Origin: Antedon mediterranea
Taxonomy: Eukaryota > Animalia > Echinodermata
Length of the DNA: 64,000 bases
Assembly (NCBI RefSeq): GCF_964355755.1
Contig: NC_092676.1
Location: 6,549,888-6,613,887 of the forward strand
Direction: 5' to 3'
A model generated the notes under the pieces. That model was not told the origin of the DNA. It saw only the letters and a program-made list of their open reading frames with translations, and did no database searches. A program made the position numbers and the translations under genes. Of this stretch, positions 1-15,100 are shown in pieces. Each line of letters starts with the position of its first letter. The first letter of the stretch is position 1.

Positions 1-1
1 G

Positions 2-104
2 TCTGTTCAGATGAGGTTGTACACACTCACTAAGCGGGAATTTGTTCTTGTTTTTGTTGCATTCTTCGCAGCTTTTGGAATTTCAGTACTTGTAGGAATT
101 GCAG
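2..104 (+). CDS. TMEM181: TMEM181 first exon in window (SVQMRLYTLTKREFVLVFVAFFAAFGISVLVGIAG)
   Basis: GT donor at 105; 5' boundary at or before the window edge. Confidence 0.88.
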
Positions 105-3100
105 GTTTGTTTCTATATAAAATTAATAATATAAATAATGAATGTTTATGAGTGGAATAGTACAAATAATTTCATGAGGTGGAAGATTTTGAGTGGGTTT
201 TCGAATTGTGTTGTTTAAAAATAGGCGGCTCTTTTGGGCTTCACAGGAGGTTGTTCACAGTAATTTTTCTTGAGATTTATTTTTTTTTCATACAAAAAAA
301 AGTACTATTTCATGATCGTTAAATAGTATACTATTGCAAGCCATGTGACCAACAATCGTCCAATCAAATGACAGGAATTTATTTAGGTGTTACTTTATAA
401 AAACTATTGATTGCTAAGTATACTTTTTCTTTGAGCTACTAGAATACTGTAGTGTTTAAAACAATTTAAAACTGTGTCTTGGAAATAGAAAATATTGTTT
501 TGCATAGTAATGCCCTCTATAATTTTGGGGATTAAAATTACATTTGGCTGGAAGAAAATGTAGCATCTTCTAGCTTCTAATTTTTAATATCTTTACTTTT
601 TTTTATTTCAGGCCCTAGTGTGCAGTTTATGGAAAGTACAAATGCAACCAAACTGGGTGAACAAAACGTAAATATAGCGGTAAGTTAAATCCAGTTCCAT
701 CCAGTTTCAAACTATTCTACTGCAACATGTGTGATTTTATAGGTAACTTCTGTGTTAAGTTTACGAGGCATTAATAAAAGATGTTAAAATGATTTATAAA
801 TTTATTTATTTTTTTCGCAGACTGGTCCATTCTCACTCAGATCGCCTGCTTTTTCTAGATTTAATCAACAACTTTGGTTAACTGCATTGTTTTATATTAA
901 AAAGGGAACTGGTAAGCTATACATCTTAATTATATTATTTATTATTTGAATTTAATTGTCTTTCTATTCTAAGAGGTTACTATACTGTATGCCACTCATA
1001 CCATGTTTTTGTTATTGTTCGGTGTTACACACTAAGAATAGCCCACTAAATTCGTAAACCTGTGGGTCCTTCTGTTAGTTAATTAAGCAGTACACCTCCA
1101 GACAATTGCCTACTTATTTTCGAAGAGTGTATTGCGTTATTTAACATGCACATGAGCCATGTTGCACACAACCAACAGCTTAACATCTCATCCGAAAAGA
1201 CGGTATACGCTACAGTATACATATATTCTAACCAGCAAGTTGGAACACATGGAGAGCGTCAATAGATAGAGTTTGTTGTCTATTATTACAACAAATCTGA
1301 TCAGCACATTAAGAAGTTTCTAAAAATTCTAAAGCCATTATTGAAAATAGATTCGGAAGAAAATGGCACTTCTATGATTCGTAACTACGTGCTTGACAAA
1401 CTTAGAGTACAACTTTACATCCATTATTGATATTACTATTAAATATTCATAACGTAAACGCAAATGAAATATGTCAAGAAGAAATGAGTACGCTTTAGAA
1501 ATAAGGTCAGTTGTCGGCAATCGTTTAAAGCTACACTCTCGGGAAGTTTAAAATTGTAAAATTGTTATTTGATGGTACAGTTGGACAATTATTGATCAGA
1601 GGTGAAGTTAGGAGACTCTGATGAGACTTTTAAAGTGATATTTGCCGACTTTATGCAGTATTATTTTAAAAAATATGTCTTGTGCTTTACTAAGAAACTT
1701 TAAAAAAAATTCTTTTATTAATATTGTCAGTATTTTTTAGGTAATATTTATAAAAAATATAGTAACAAAATATGTTTTTAATTAGATAATACTGGATGAG
1801 GCTTAAGCTCGGTCCACACTATTCAATTCAATTTCTTTATTGCTGCGAATGCCATCAAGGGCTAATATCCGCTTAAACATACTGTACTACATCATACAAA
1901 CATATATATATATATATATAAATCATCATCAAATTATTCTACTGCAGTTACTGCAGAATTAATTTGTTTCAATTTAGTTAGAGATTTATTTTGGCATTTT
2001 GTAATATGGTGTGTATGACAATAACAAAATTCCTTCGAAATAAACAGCATAAAATTTATTAAATGTATATTTCTAAAGTTTAATAAAATCTCAAACCGGT
2101 CTTAAATTGTTAATCATAGTAGACAAGAATAGAAATGGGCAGCTTTAAAAGGAAATCTCTCCGATCAATTATCCAAAGATTTTCATTTCAAAATCCCTTT
2201 CATGATCATAGAATACTACATCAAATTAACTAAAGTGTCAATGGCAGTAACATTTATAAAATATGTATCAAATTGCCAAACATATTCAGTTTAGTAAGAT
2301 CAGTATGTTGTATACAGTGTAGCCACTGACGATGTTGTTGCTCAATACCTTTAGTGATGTTAAAGAGGCAGTGAGTTAAGTTCTGTATTGGGTTGTTTAT
2401 GCCATTATTAATGATTTGACATTTTTTTTTCCTATTTTCATATTCATAAATAGTTATTTTCTCGTAGCAGAAACAGGCATTCTAGTCTCAATGTACTTAA
2501 TGTTTCTGATATTGATCACTGTACTGTACTGTATGTACCCTGTATTTCCAAATTCTGAAGTTTGGTTCTCACACTCTAACTAAAGCTTGCTTTCCACAAG
2601 GTCCATTAGCATAATCCATCACTTCTGATTGGTCAAATTATGGTGCGCTATACTGTACGTCCTTGTGTTTCGTCCTAGTGAAAACCAAGCTTTGTGTACT
2701 ATAGAATCTTGTCATCCATCGAATACCTACATTGTCATGTACCCTATTACTAAATACACAGTGACATTTTGACATTTCGATCCATTTCGACAATCAGTGT
2801 ATCTGAGTTGACTTGTAATGCACTGATTAATCTCCACCATAGTTCAATTATCGTCGCTATAGTAACTATGGATCTCGGAGGAATTGTGATGTGTACTCAT
2901 TTAATTGCAAAAAAGAAGACAAACAAATATTGAGATTTTACTATGCTTGGAATTTGTGTGTCAGATTGAGAAAAATAATATTAAGTACTAACAATAATAT
3001 TTTATTGTTTGAAGGTTTGAATTATGTACACTGTAGGCCCACTATAGTGGTTTCTATAATATAACATGATTTTAAATTGCAATTAGAAATATTAGTAGTA

Positions 3101-6100
3101 TAATTTTTGCAGTTTTTAAAATTCATAACGAAGGATTGGAAATATTTATTTTTTTGTTGTTGAATATGTCATTTTATTATCCATTTTGAACAAAAATTGA
3201 AGTGAAAACTAATTATTTATTTACCTGAAAAAAAAACTTTAATTTAAAGCAAAACAATAGACAAATTGCCAATTAGTTTTTGGTTGAATTTGACCATTTA
3301 TTTTGTCATTTTATATGATAAAACATTTTTTTTTTTCAATTGAAGGGATTTACTTAAATATTAAAACTACAAAATAACCTATTTAACCTATAAGTCTGAT
3401 TTAATTTATCTTCATTTTTCATATTTTTGGAAGACAATACATCTTGAAAGTAAGAATTCAAATCAAATGTTTTATACTGTAATAATATTTCCGACAGGTT
3501 CTGACACTTAAAAATTACATTTTTTTATTTTCACTCTTGTAAAAAATAGGTATTCTTTAAAATCAATAATGTATCACATCAGGAATTTTCTCGTGCAAAA
3601 ATAAATCTGAAATTCATCTGTTGAATATTTTATGATAACCATCTTCAAAACATCAAAAGAAAAATTTCATCAGCTTTATCTTAAAAATATTTCTTCCTAT
3701 AAAAACATATTTTGTTATATCAACGATTGATTTGTGTCCTTGCTATTGGGTAAGGTTACATCTCTCGATTCTACTATCAAACTTTACATTGCGATGTTGT
3801 TTGCTATTAGACGTGAGAAGATGTTAGAAATTGAAATACTGAGAAAAACCTATGATCTGTCATATAGATTAAATTACACATTTAGTTTCATGTTTCATGA
3901 TGAAAACTTTGCGTTCGTGTATTGAATGTTCTGAAGATGGGTTAAATTTGATGAGTGTCTATTTCAAAAAAATAGATAAAGATGCTAATTGAAAAGAAAC
4001 GAATATTCTAGTCGGCATTTCTCATTTAAATAATTAATTCTGATTTGAATAATCATACACTACATACACTCACTATTTGTTGGAATGTCCAAACATAACG
4101 TTTCGAGATTACAAAAGCTTCAGAACCGGGCTGCCAGGTTAATTTACCAAGTACCTATGTTTGTTAGTTCTAGACCTCTGCTTTATGAATTGCATTGGCT
4201 ACCTGTTGAAAGTAGAATCACTTTTAAAGTGTTACTTCATGTCTACAATTGTATAAATAATAATGCGCCCTGTTATCTGAGCAATCTCTTACGGGTGTAT
4301 AGATGTGCTAAGAGAGGCCTGAGGTCCGAGATAGATCACACTAGATTGGATCACTGTCTCGAAAAGTGGACCTCTGGAAATAATACTTTCTCAAAATTTG
4401 GACCGGTGATGTGGAACGAACTCCCGTCTGTGATCCGGGAACAAACCACGGTTTTAAAATTTAAAAAAGCCCTCAAAACACTATTTCCTAAGAAGTGACT
4501 CATTGTTGGGTGTGCTGATGTAAAGCCCTTTGATCATTTTATACTAATTTGGAAAAGCGCTATATAAATAAAATAATAATAATAATAATACACTCTTTTT
4601 GGAATCTGGCGGCAGGACAATGTAAGGTTTACAATTGATAATGCACTTTTTCTTAAGCTGCTCTGTCTACAAGTCTATCAAACTTTATGTGACAAAAAAT
4701 GTGATCTGCCCAAATATAGTTAGTGATACAGTATTGCTAAATATGGTGGTGGTATGACATCATCATGTCCATATATGGGCACATCATATTTGTTGTCGCA
4801 TAAAGTTTGATAGTGTAGACAGAGCTTTAGTCACTCTGTGCACTTTAAATACATTTAAGGAAAGGCCAATGTATTTTATTTTCTTATCTGAGCCAAAGCT
4901 CTGAATAATATTTATACCTGTAGTCAATTGGTCAAACGTGTACGTTTTTGTGTAGGTGGAGACTGATGACACAAATGAGGTCCAAGGACAGTGCAATCGT
5001 TAAAGAATATTAATTAGTCCCACGGTCAAATCTAGAGCATGATTGGTCAGAAAAATATCCTCATTAAATTCTAAGAGCATGTACTGTACAGTAGCTATAA
5101 ATTTGTTTCCGTTTTCTATTTCAAAATATAATTGATGATTTTTTTTTTTGCAGGGGAAAACATAGAAAAAAATTTTATCTTAAGTGTAGAACTACAAGGG
5201 CAGAATGAAGATAGTATTGTTGAACCTTTGAGCACAGATACATTCAATCATACTAGAACATTACGTTGCAGGCATGAGGTAAGATGGGTTCTTCAATTAC
5301 TGCATGAAATCGAGATACTGCAGTAGAATAATCTCCAGATGAATTATATATAATCGTACAACAGATGAATTCTGAAACTTTTACACTTCAATAATGTATG
5401 AACTATGATTTTGTTTATGAGGTAGTCACTGCAATAATACAATTGAATTGTATTATTTATGCAAAACAAGCTTGCTAAATAACAGCACACATTACCAACA
5501 GGTTTTCAATAATAAACAAAATATATTTAGTAGAATTATTTTTGACATGGTCCATTTTAATAGGATTTTGTTTCTATAAATCATTTTAAATAAATAGCAA
5601 AAATTATTTTTTTTTATTATAATAACTTATTAACATAAGGCTCCTTTCTTTATGAATTTGTTTTTAAGCTTGGTTCCCACTAGAGACGCAATGCATTGAC
5701 GTAGATGGAGTGCAAGCGAGTTGACCAATGGCAGGCGATAGTTTGAATAATCCATTGCTTGTGATTGGTAAAATCACTCACTTGCGTTGCTTCTTTAGTG
5801 GGAACCAAGCATTATTAACAATGAAATCTTAAGAATTTACACTCAAATTTAGACTTTCTTTTAAAACTAATATTAAATCACTCACTTGTGTTGCTTCTTT
5901 AGTGGGAACCGAGCATTAGTAACAATGAAATATTAAGAATTTACTGTACACTCAAATTTAGACTTTCTTTAAAACTAATATTAAATCACTCGTGTTGCTT
6001 CTTTAGTAGGAACCAAGCATTAGTAACAATGAAATCTTAAGAATTTACACTCAAATTTAGACTTTCTTTTAAAACTAATATTAAATCACTCACTTGCGTT

Positions 6101-9100
6101 GCTTCTTTAGTGGGAACCAAGCATTAGTAACAATGAAATCTTAAGAATTTACACTCAAATTTAGACTTTCTTTTAAAACTAATATTAAATCACTCACTTG
6201 CGTTGCTTCTTTAGTGGGAACCAAGCATTAGTAACAATGAAATCTTAAGAATTTACACTCAAATTTAGACTTTCTTTTAAAACTAATATTAAATCACTCA
6301 CTTGTGTTGCTTCTTTAGTAGGAACCAAGCATTAGTAACAATGAAATCTTAAGAATTTACACTCAAATTTAGACTTTCTTTTAAAACTAATATTAAATCA
6401 CTCACTTGTGTTGCTTCTTTAGTTGGAACCAAGCATTAGTAACAATGAAATCTTAAGAATTTACACTCAAATTTAGACTTTCTTTTAAAACTAATATTAA
6501 ATCACTCACTTGCGTTGCTTCTTTAGTGGGAACCAAGCATTAGTAACAATGAAATCTTAAGAATTTACACTCAAATTTAGACTTTCTTTTAAAACTAATA
6601 TTAAATCACTCACTTGTGTTGCTTCTTTAGTAGGAACCAAGCATTAGTAACAATGAAATCTTAAGAATTTACACTCAAATTTAGACTTTCTTTTAAAACT
6701 AATATTAAAAGCACCATTAATAGAAAGGTTGTTCAGTATGATTTAAGGATAAAATTCTTATTACCTACATTTGGATGTTCACTAAAGGATAGTGAGTGAT
6801 CTTCTACATCTTGTGGCAAAAATCAATATTAACAGAAAGGTGAAGCCTCTGTTTGCCAATCAATCATGTAAAAAGCAACCTATATTTCACTAAATGTTGT
6901 TTTAAAGGTTGAAATTAAAAGTTAGGCTACTGTATGTAAAGACATCTTTAAAAGGAATACAAATTATGTGGATTTGTAAACCTTTTCAAGCTACTGTAGC
7001 TAGAAGGTTTTTGATTGATAAAAAAAAAATCTGTAAGAGGAAAATTATTTTATAGGTTTTCAGAAAAAAAAGAAAGGTGGATAAAAAAATATTTGTGAAA
7101 TCGTTTGAGGTTTTAAACAGAAGTGTAAGCTAGGTTCACAATAAAAATACGGATATTTTGTTTGTTAATGTAGAGACAAGATAAATAAAAACCCCAACAT
7201 TAGTACAGTAATAACATTATATTAATCAGAAATTACAGTAGTTTACCAATATAAAATTGATGTCTATTTCGTACCTAGGTAACTGTACCAGATAAACCAG
7301 ATAAACTTAGGCCTTACTCCCCTCCGAGGCGAGTACATACCTGTAACTCGAAAAGTAACAAGACCCTTCAAGATACTGTAGATAACTGTTGTTGTTGTAA
7401 TCTCTTTAACTATCGCCCACACAACACAAATGAACATATCTTAAATGTGGGCGTTGTGTAAACCAAACACTATCATAATTGTATTATGTCTATAATATAA
7501 ACCATTAAACAATATTATTCATTTTAATATTCATCTCTCTATGTACAGTAATCCTCTGCGGGTATTATTATCGGTAATTAATTGTGTAAATGTTAAAATT
7601 TGTATCTTAAATTGTAAATTGTAAAACATTAAGTTTCTAATTTTAATGTAATACCTTTGTTCAATTATTTATTTTCGTATTTATTGTTCAATATTGCTTT
7701 AGGGACCATGTAAAACTGATTACATTTTGTTTTAATAACTGGTACTTGATATAGTGCATTATGCTGAAAGCCTCAATGCGCTTTACATAGACAGAAAAAT
7801 GTAGAAAATTTAATATTCAAAAGGTGGATTTTGAATAGAGATTTGAAGACACTGGTGGAAGTTGCCTGACGGATTTCAATAGGCAACACATTCCAAAGAG
7901 AAACCAATGTTATGACAGTATTCTCTAGCATTTAATAGTTAAACCCTTTTTTTTTGGTTAATCAAACACATTGTTTATTGCAGTGACAGCCTCAAAAAGC
8001 AGTCTGATAATCTGAAATTTCAATAGTTTATATTGTTTTTTTTTTCAGGGTTGCGAAGAGCTTATTATTTTTCACCTTGGTACAATTGAGTATACAAGTT
8101 ATATTGTCAATATTAGACTGTTTGGACTAAAGGAATTTAATGTACAAGAAATCACATTCAATGTAAGTAGTTAAAAGATGTCAAATGTTAAACTATTTTA
8201 CAGTCTTCTAGTGGTGTTCTTCTGTCTTCAAATATATATTTTTTTTTTTTTAATTTATTATTTGTATTTTTTACTCTGTATTTATTAATATTATAACATT
8301 ATTACAGGTTTCAAGAAATTAAAAGAGTACTTTTATACTTTGTATCTTAGAAGATCTGAACAGTTGATTTCCTTTCCAATTAATGGAAAGGAGAATATAC
8401 CTACATATCATTGATTTTGAGATAATGTTTTTTTTTTTTACACATTTTCATCTTAGTAAAAGAGACAACAAATCTAGGTTGGTTGAATGTCTCTTGCTAA
8501 TGTGTTAGATTCAAATTCCCAGGGGTGAAGGAACCAAAATATTGCCCACTGTACCAACTGAATTATACTGAATACCAAAACAATCGTAGACCAAAAAAAT
8601 TGTCACAAAAATAAAAAAAAATCAACCGAACCTGTCAATAAAAAAATGTAAAACTGCATTACTGCAGTACTTTTTTTTACTGCATTAATATTTATTTTAG
8701 TTTGTTACATATTTTTATGATTCAAATTGTAACTTTTTTATGATTATAATTTTCACATGATTACAAATCATTACACAAACTGGCTATACATTGAAGATTT
8801 TGAATTTTTCATATAATCACATTTAATTGAAGATGGGCAGTGTTAAATAGTAAACAAAGGAATTTCCTGCATCTATTGTTTTAATACAAAATTTCTTTTT
8901 ATAGTTTTAATACTAAATCTGCAAGTGTAAATTCATAAAATGTCAAGGCATCTATATGAAATTAGATTAAGTTTCACTATCAAATTTAAGTCCCAGTAGT
9001 AAACAAAACATTAATAATAATACTTCTTGTTTTTACTTTCCAAATGCATACAAAAAAAACTATGATTTATTATTAAATATTTCAAAGACCATTAATTGAT

Positions 9101-12100
9101 TTAAAACATACCGCTGTTCTAATGCTATTTTTATTGAAACAATTCTTTAGGCATCATCAAACATGCTTCTTAAAATAAATTTAAAAATGCCACGGCTATC
9201 AAATCAGATTGTTTTCGCATGTATTTAAACTATTAACTTTTTTTTATCGGAGACTTTAATAAAAAAATAATCTTTAATAATTATTTTCAGCTATAAAATC
9301 CCCACACAAGTTTCTATCATTGCAAACTGGCTATAAATCAAGTTCTGAAATGTTAAAAATATTATGTTAAAACAAAATAATTTTCTAATTCATCTGGTCT
9401 AGTGGTTAGGGTATGCGTCCTATTGTATGTACAGGTTCAAGTCTGTCTAAACTATCAAACTTTATGTGACAAAAAAAAAAGTGACGTGCCCATGGCCATG
9501 ATGATGTAATACCACTACCATATTTGGGAATATCACTATCATATTTTGGCGTGCATCACACTTTTTTTTGTCACAGTTTAATAGTGTAGACAGAGCTGTA
9601 GAGTATCAATCTGTGATCGAAATTCATGAATGTATGAATTTAATGTTTTTTTTTTCTAAAGATATGACATGCATAATTAACTGAATTATTGCAAATTTAT
9701 AACCATGAAGTATGGTTAATTTGACACCTTGAATATAATTTAAATTCATTTCTGAATATATTATATTATTTTAATTTAAATAATAATGAGAAAAATGTAA
9801 ATTTGTTCTTTAGTTTGTCGTTTGTCTATATGACAGCATTTGACAGATCATGGCTTCTTCCTCCACATAATATATTATTCTGGAAAATCCAATACAAACA
9901 TAATCATAAGTGTGTTCACTGGATGGGAATTTAACATACAAAAGAGTACAAGCTAACATAACAAACTAATATCAGATTTAAATGCATTCCACACTCATCT
10001 AATAAAAGTAATTATTTAAACAAATTGAAATTGTATTATTTCACTGTCCCCCAAAAACATGAAAAATGAATAGGTCATTTTGTAGTTTTAACAAAGTTTT
10101 AACTTTGTTTTTCTACAAAAGTGATTAAAATCACTTTTGTAGAAAAAAAAAACCCGGACAATACTGTACTGTACATCTTTAGACAAACAGTACACAAATA
10201 CAAATTGTTTTAATTATCAGTTGCTTGACAAACTTTCCATGATGTGATATTGTCAAGATTTTTTTTAATGGAAAAGATATTTAACGGAGACCTCGTTTGG
10301 TACGTAGAATTTTAAAATCATATACAGTAAGCCTTGAACTAAGAAAAAAGCTGATAAAAAATAGCCACATCTCTGCTTAACGGAAACCCTGAATGTATTT
10401 TTAAGCCTTCAAATTTTACATGCTAATATAGACCTACAGTAGTCTGGGTTCCAGACGGAGTTTTGTCTTAATATTAGTAAAAAGATAAATATTTTGGCAC
10501 ATATGGCGTTTCATACGTATACTACTTGATTTTGGATACTCCGTCTGGGGAAACACGCACAAGTCACGTGGTTTGACACCAAGAATTCTTGGTGCATACG
10601 ATTATCCGGTTTACTAGTTTCAGCTGCATGCGATTGGCTACTCACTCGTGCACCGTTTTAATATTCATATTTCAGAATTTCAAAGACTCAACAACTAAGA
10701 TGATGCGCATGCGCTATGTTACGTTTAGACAATGTGTACTGTACTTGGGTAGTTTCTGAAGGCTAGAAATTATTTTATATGCCTAGGCCTTGTAGTCTGG
10801 TAAACATTTGATGGGATTTTTCCCAAGAACATGAAAACTCGTCTTGATATGATAGGCTAGCTTCTCCGCAAATCAAACATTGAATGGATCATTTATTATG
10901 CGGAGATAATTTTGATTTCCCACCCAGACCCTGTCCTGTTCTGTGTGGTGTGTAGCCCTGTTGTGTGCCGGTGGTATGTAGGCCTACTTTATTGGCGTTT
11001 TATTTGGCAGGTCATACGTGCGAGTTGAGTAGGACCTACGAAAGAGGCCTAGGCCAAGGACTAAACAATTAATAAACAAAACAACTTGGCATTACGATTT
11101 AGTATATTTCAACAGTCTCAATCGTACATTCAGCACTGTCCGTACTCGATCTTTTTCATTTTGAAACAAAATGATCATTGGTTGATTCGAAATCCATATT
11201 TACATACCGCCCGCCCCATATAGCCAAATACGGTATGATAACCTACGTCATTCTTATCGGATGTTTGCGGTCTGCAAATCGATTTCTATACGTGTTTCAC
11301 AAGTCTGTATTTTCATCAGACAAAAATCGCAGTCGAAATAAAAACAAATAAATTTAAAGAAAAGATTAATACAGACTTGGGGCAAGTCTAATAAGACCCT
11401 CCAGAATAATTTAAAAATGTATAATAATATCAATCAACCATTGAATCAATCAATGATTTTTTTTAAACTTATAAAATAAATCCTAGAGGCATCCATTCTG
11501 TTAAGTATTTAGGCTGCAAATATAGCTTTGTTAATGTTAATACACTTCTACCTATGGCATAGATGGCATTTGATTAAAAACATAGATGTACTGATAGTAG
11601 AAGGGTTATTAGACACAGTGTACGAAGCCTGAACTGCAAATAGTTCAATTCAATTTTAGTGATAGGCATAAAAACATGTTCAACAAAGATGTTATTGCAG
11701 TACTTCAGGTTTACAGACTTGCTAAATATAACTTGGGTTTTTAAATGAATAGCTTTTTACCCATGGCAACAAAGTGCATTTAATTAACAGTTCAAATACC
11801 TCATTTTACCCCCAAAAAATATAAATAACAAGGTTTTAAAGTGAAAACAAAATAGTGTCCAAGCACTAAGCACAGTATGACAAAACTCATTGTGTACTGT
11901 AGGTTAATGGAATATAACCCTTTTAATGAAAGTCTTTATTTATTTCGGTTTTTGTCAAATTTATCAATAGTATTAGTTTTAAGGTTAATATGTTTCATGG
12001 TTTTTCACAAGCGCCTTGAACACTTTATAGTGGATATGTGCGCTGTATAAATATTATTATCATTATTATTAAAGTATATTATTATTATTTTGTTGTTGTT

Positions 12101-15100
12101 GCAAAAGTGAAGCTTAAACTTAAAACCACAACAAATATATTTTATTATTATTTATGTTTTGGGTAATGAAACATTCTATTGACTAATTTGAATAATTGTG
12201 TTGAAGATTTAAACAAAAAACAAGTCCACTCTAAGAAAAATGAAAGTATTTATAAATTTCCATTCTAAAGCTAAGCTTTTGAAATTATTCATAATTTACT
12301 GAACATGTTGCACTTTATTGAATACAGTAGTTTAATATGATTGTCATTCCATTAGCAAAAGCCTTTATACACTGTATAAAAGCCTTGTATGAGAACAAAG
12401 TGCATTACAAATGCATTACTACAGCTTGCAAGAAATTTATTTTTGAAAAAAAAATATATTAGTTACAATTTAAAAATCAATGATATTGATTTTCTATGTT
12501 GAACCATTTGCATTTAGATGATAACCATGGAACACAGAGTCTTAAAATAGAACAAATAAAAATGTAATCAATAAATTTTCAGTCCATACAGAAAAGATAT
12601 TTCTTTCTTCTACTGTAGTATCAGAGTTAAATACAGTGTTCCAAACGGTTTAAACTTGCTTTGTTAAAACAAATGTCTTATGATTGTAGAAGGCTATAGA
12701 CCTACTTCACTAGGCTACAGTACAGCATGATAGGAATTGGGCTTTTATTGTCATGCATTTGCTTGTCTCAAAACAAACTAAATAAACAATCTACTGTAGT
12801 TATACTGAAGTATCTGCAGTAGAATCAATTTGACATGATCCTTTTTAAACAAATAAAAATGTAATCAATATATTTCCAGTCCATACAGATATTTAATTTA
12901 TGTTCTTCCTCTAGTAATAATACAGTGTTCCAAACGGTTTAAAATTGCTTGGTTGAAATGAATGTGTTATGTGAGAAGGTAACTGTAGGCCTACAGTACT
13001 TCACTTGGCTACAGAATGATAGGGATGGGGCTTTGTCATGTGCATTTGCTTGTCTCAACACAAACTAAATAAACAATCTACTGTAGTTACTGCAGTATCT
13101 GCAGTAGAATAATTTTGACATGAACTTTTAAACCCTATTACTGTTAATAAAAGTGCGTATGAACATAGCTTATGTAGGCTTTTTAAAGTTTGGTTCCCAC
13201 TAGGATGCATTAAAGAATGCAAGCGCACATCAAGTGAGTTGACCAATCATGATGCGATGGATCATCCAAATTGTCGCTTGTTACTGGTCGACTCATTAAT
13301 CCACTGCACTTACATCATTGTGTTACATCCTAGTGTGAAACCAAGCTTAAGTAAACATTTTTAAATTGAGTATGTTATGTTGGGTATTATTCGCTTGTTT
13401 TTAAATTGATCAGACTTGAATCTTGCTATCAACAGCGTTCGTTTGTTCGTTACAGGATATTATGCAGTTTACGAGATGATAGCAGATGACTTTAATGTGG
13501 GCGTTTGTGTCTTCGATTGCTGAGTTTGTAGTCATTAAAATAATCCTTATGGGCTGAAGACAGTTCAATAGTCTAAATAAAACATGCTGTACATTAAGGA
13601 TAATACTTAAGAATCTATTTTGTACAAAACAGTAGCCTTAGTTGTACACAGAATGTACAGAAAAGCCATAGGATTATGATTAGGCATACAAATATTAAAT
13701 GTCTATGAGTTGAATGGAAGAATATTTTGAAAGATAGTTTGTGCTATTCAATGAGACACAGTGATACAACATCCCCATTCAATGAACATTTAAACATTCA
13801 ATATTTGTTAAAACACACACTGTTTTAAAGCTGATCCTTCTACACTATTAATTTAGTTTGACCAAAAATGTGCCCAAATATGGTAGTGGTATGACCTGAT
13901 CCTTCTACACTATCAATTTAGTTTGACCAAAAATGTGCCCAAATATGGTAGTGGTATGACCTGATCCTTCTACACTATCAATTTAGTTTGACCAAAAATG
14001 TGCCCAAATATGGTACTGATGCCCAAATATGGTAGTGGTATGACATCATGTTTTTGTCACATAAACTGTAAATAATGTAGAGCTTTAGGAAACTGTATTC
14101 AATTAAACTGCTGTTTCTAACTACATCTGGAATCTACAGAATGTCGAAAGCTACTGTACTGTAGTGACTGTATATAATACAGAAATTATTGTTTAGTATA
14201 TTAAAACTATTAGATCTATATAAGTTTTTTTCTTGTATTTTATACAGTAGGCCGGTTAATTACAGTGAACGAATACTTAAACGTTGAAACCAACTAAAAA
14301 AAATTGCTTCTGTTGTAAAAAAAATGTAGCGTAACTTCAGTAGAACAGTTTTGATGATGATCCCTACTGTATGTCTTTATTTTTTTATTTATTTTTTTCT
14401 TGATGATTGCCAGATACAGTATACAGATCTATTATGTACAGTGGACACATGCCACACATGTCATCATGCATGTTGAACAGAAACCATACTCAAAATCATG
14501 TGCATGTACAATGGACAGAAGCCACGTACAGAATAAATAAATACACATAAAAATTGACATAGTACAGAATGCATTGATGAATAAAGGCTTTAGGGCAATG
14601 GGATATATATGCAAATAATCTAAAATCGATCCAATGTTTACTTTGCCTACAGAATAGATGGTATTGCACAGGAGCTATTCTCCATTAAATACAGTCTCCA
14701 TGAATCTTAAGAGAACATTATTTTCAGTCTAAATTTAGTTTTTGTTTTGTTCAACCTTTCTTCCATCATTTTAAAAGTATGTCATTGCTTCTTCGCTGTG
14801 ACCGGCAGTAACTCATTTCTGATTCCATGCCAAGAAATCTACACTTCTTTACTCTCAGTTTCTCGTTTAGAATTCAAATATTAACCCATTTTCCCAATCA
14901 AAATAAACTTTATACTCAATATGTAAATTTTCTTTTTCATTCCATTTATTGTGCATTCAACCTCAATAGCAGCATTACCAAATATTAAGGTTGAATTGAA
15001 ATTGTTTAACATTTTCTTTTCCCTTTTTTAACTTTCAATTAGATGAAATAAAAGTGATTTATGGTATTGCCACATTGGCTATTTTAGGCTCTTTCTCTCT

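Noticed and set aside
5771-6707. CRISPR-like array
   Set aside because: Whole 104-bp units are repeated with no unique spacers; eukaryotic intron, no cas genes.
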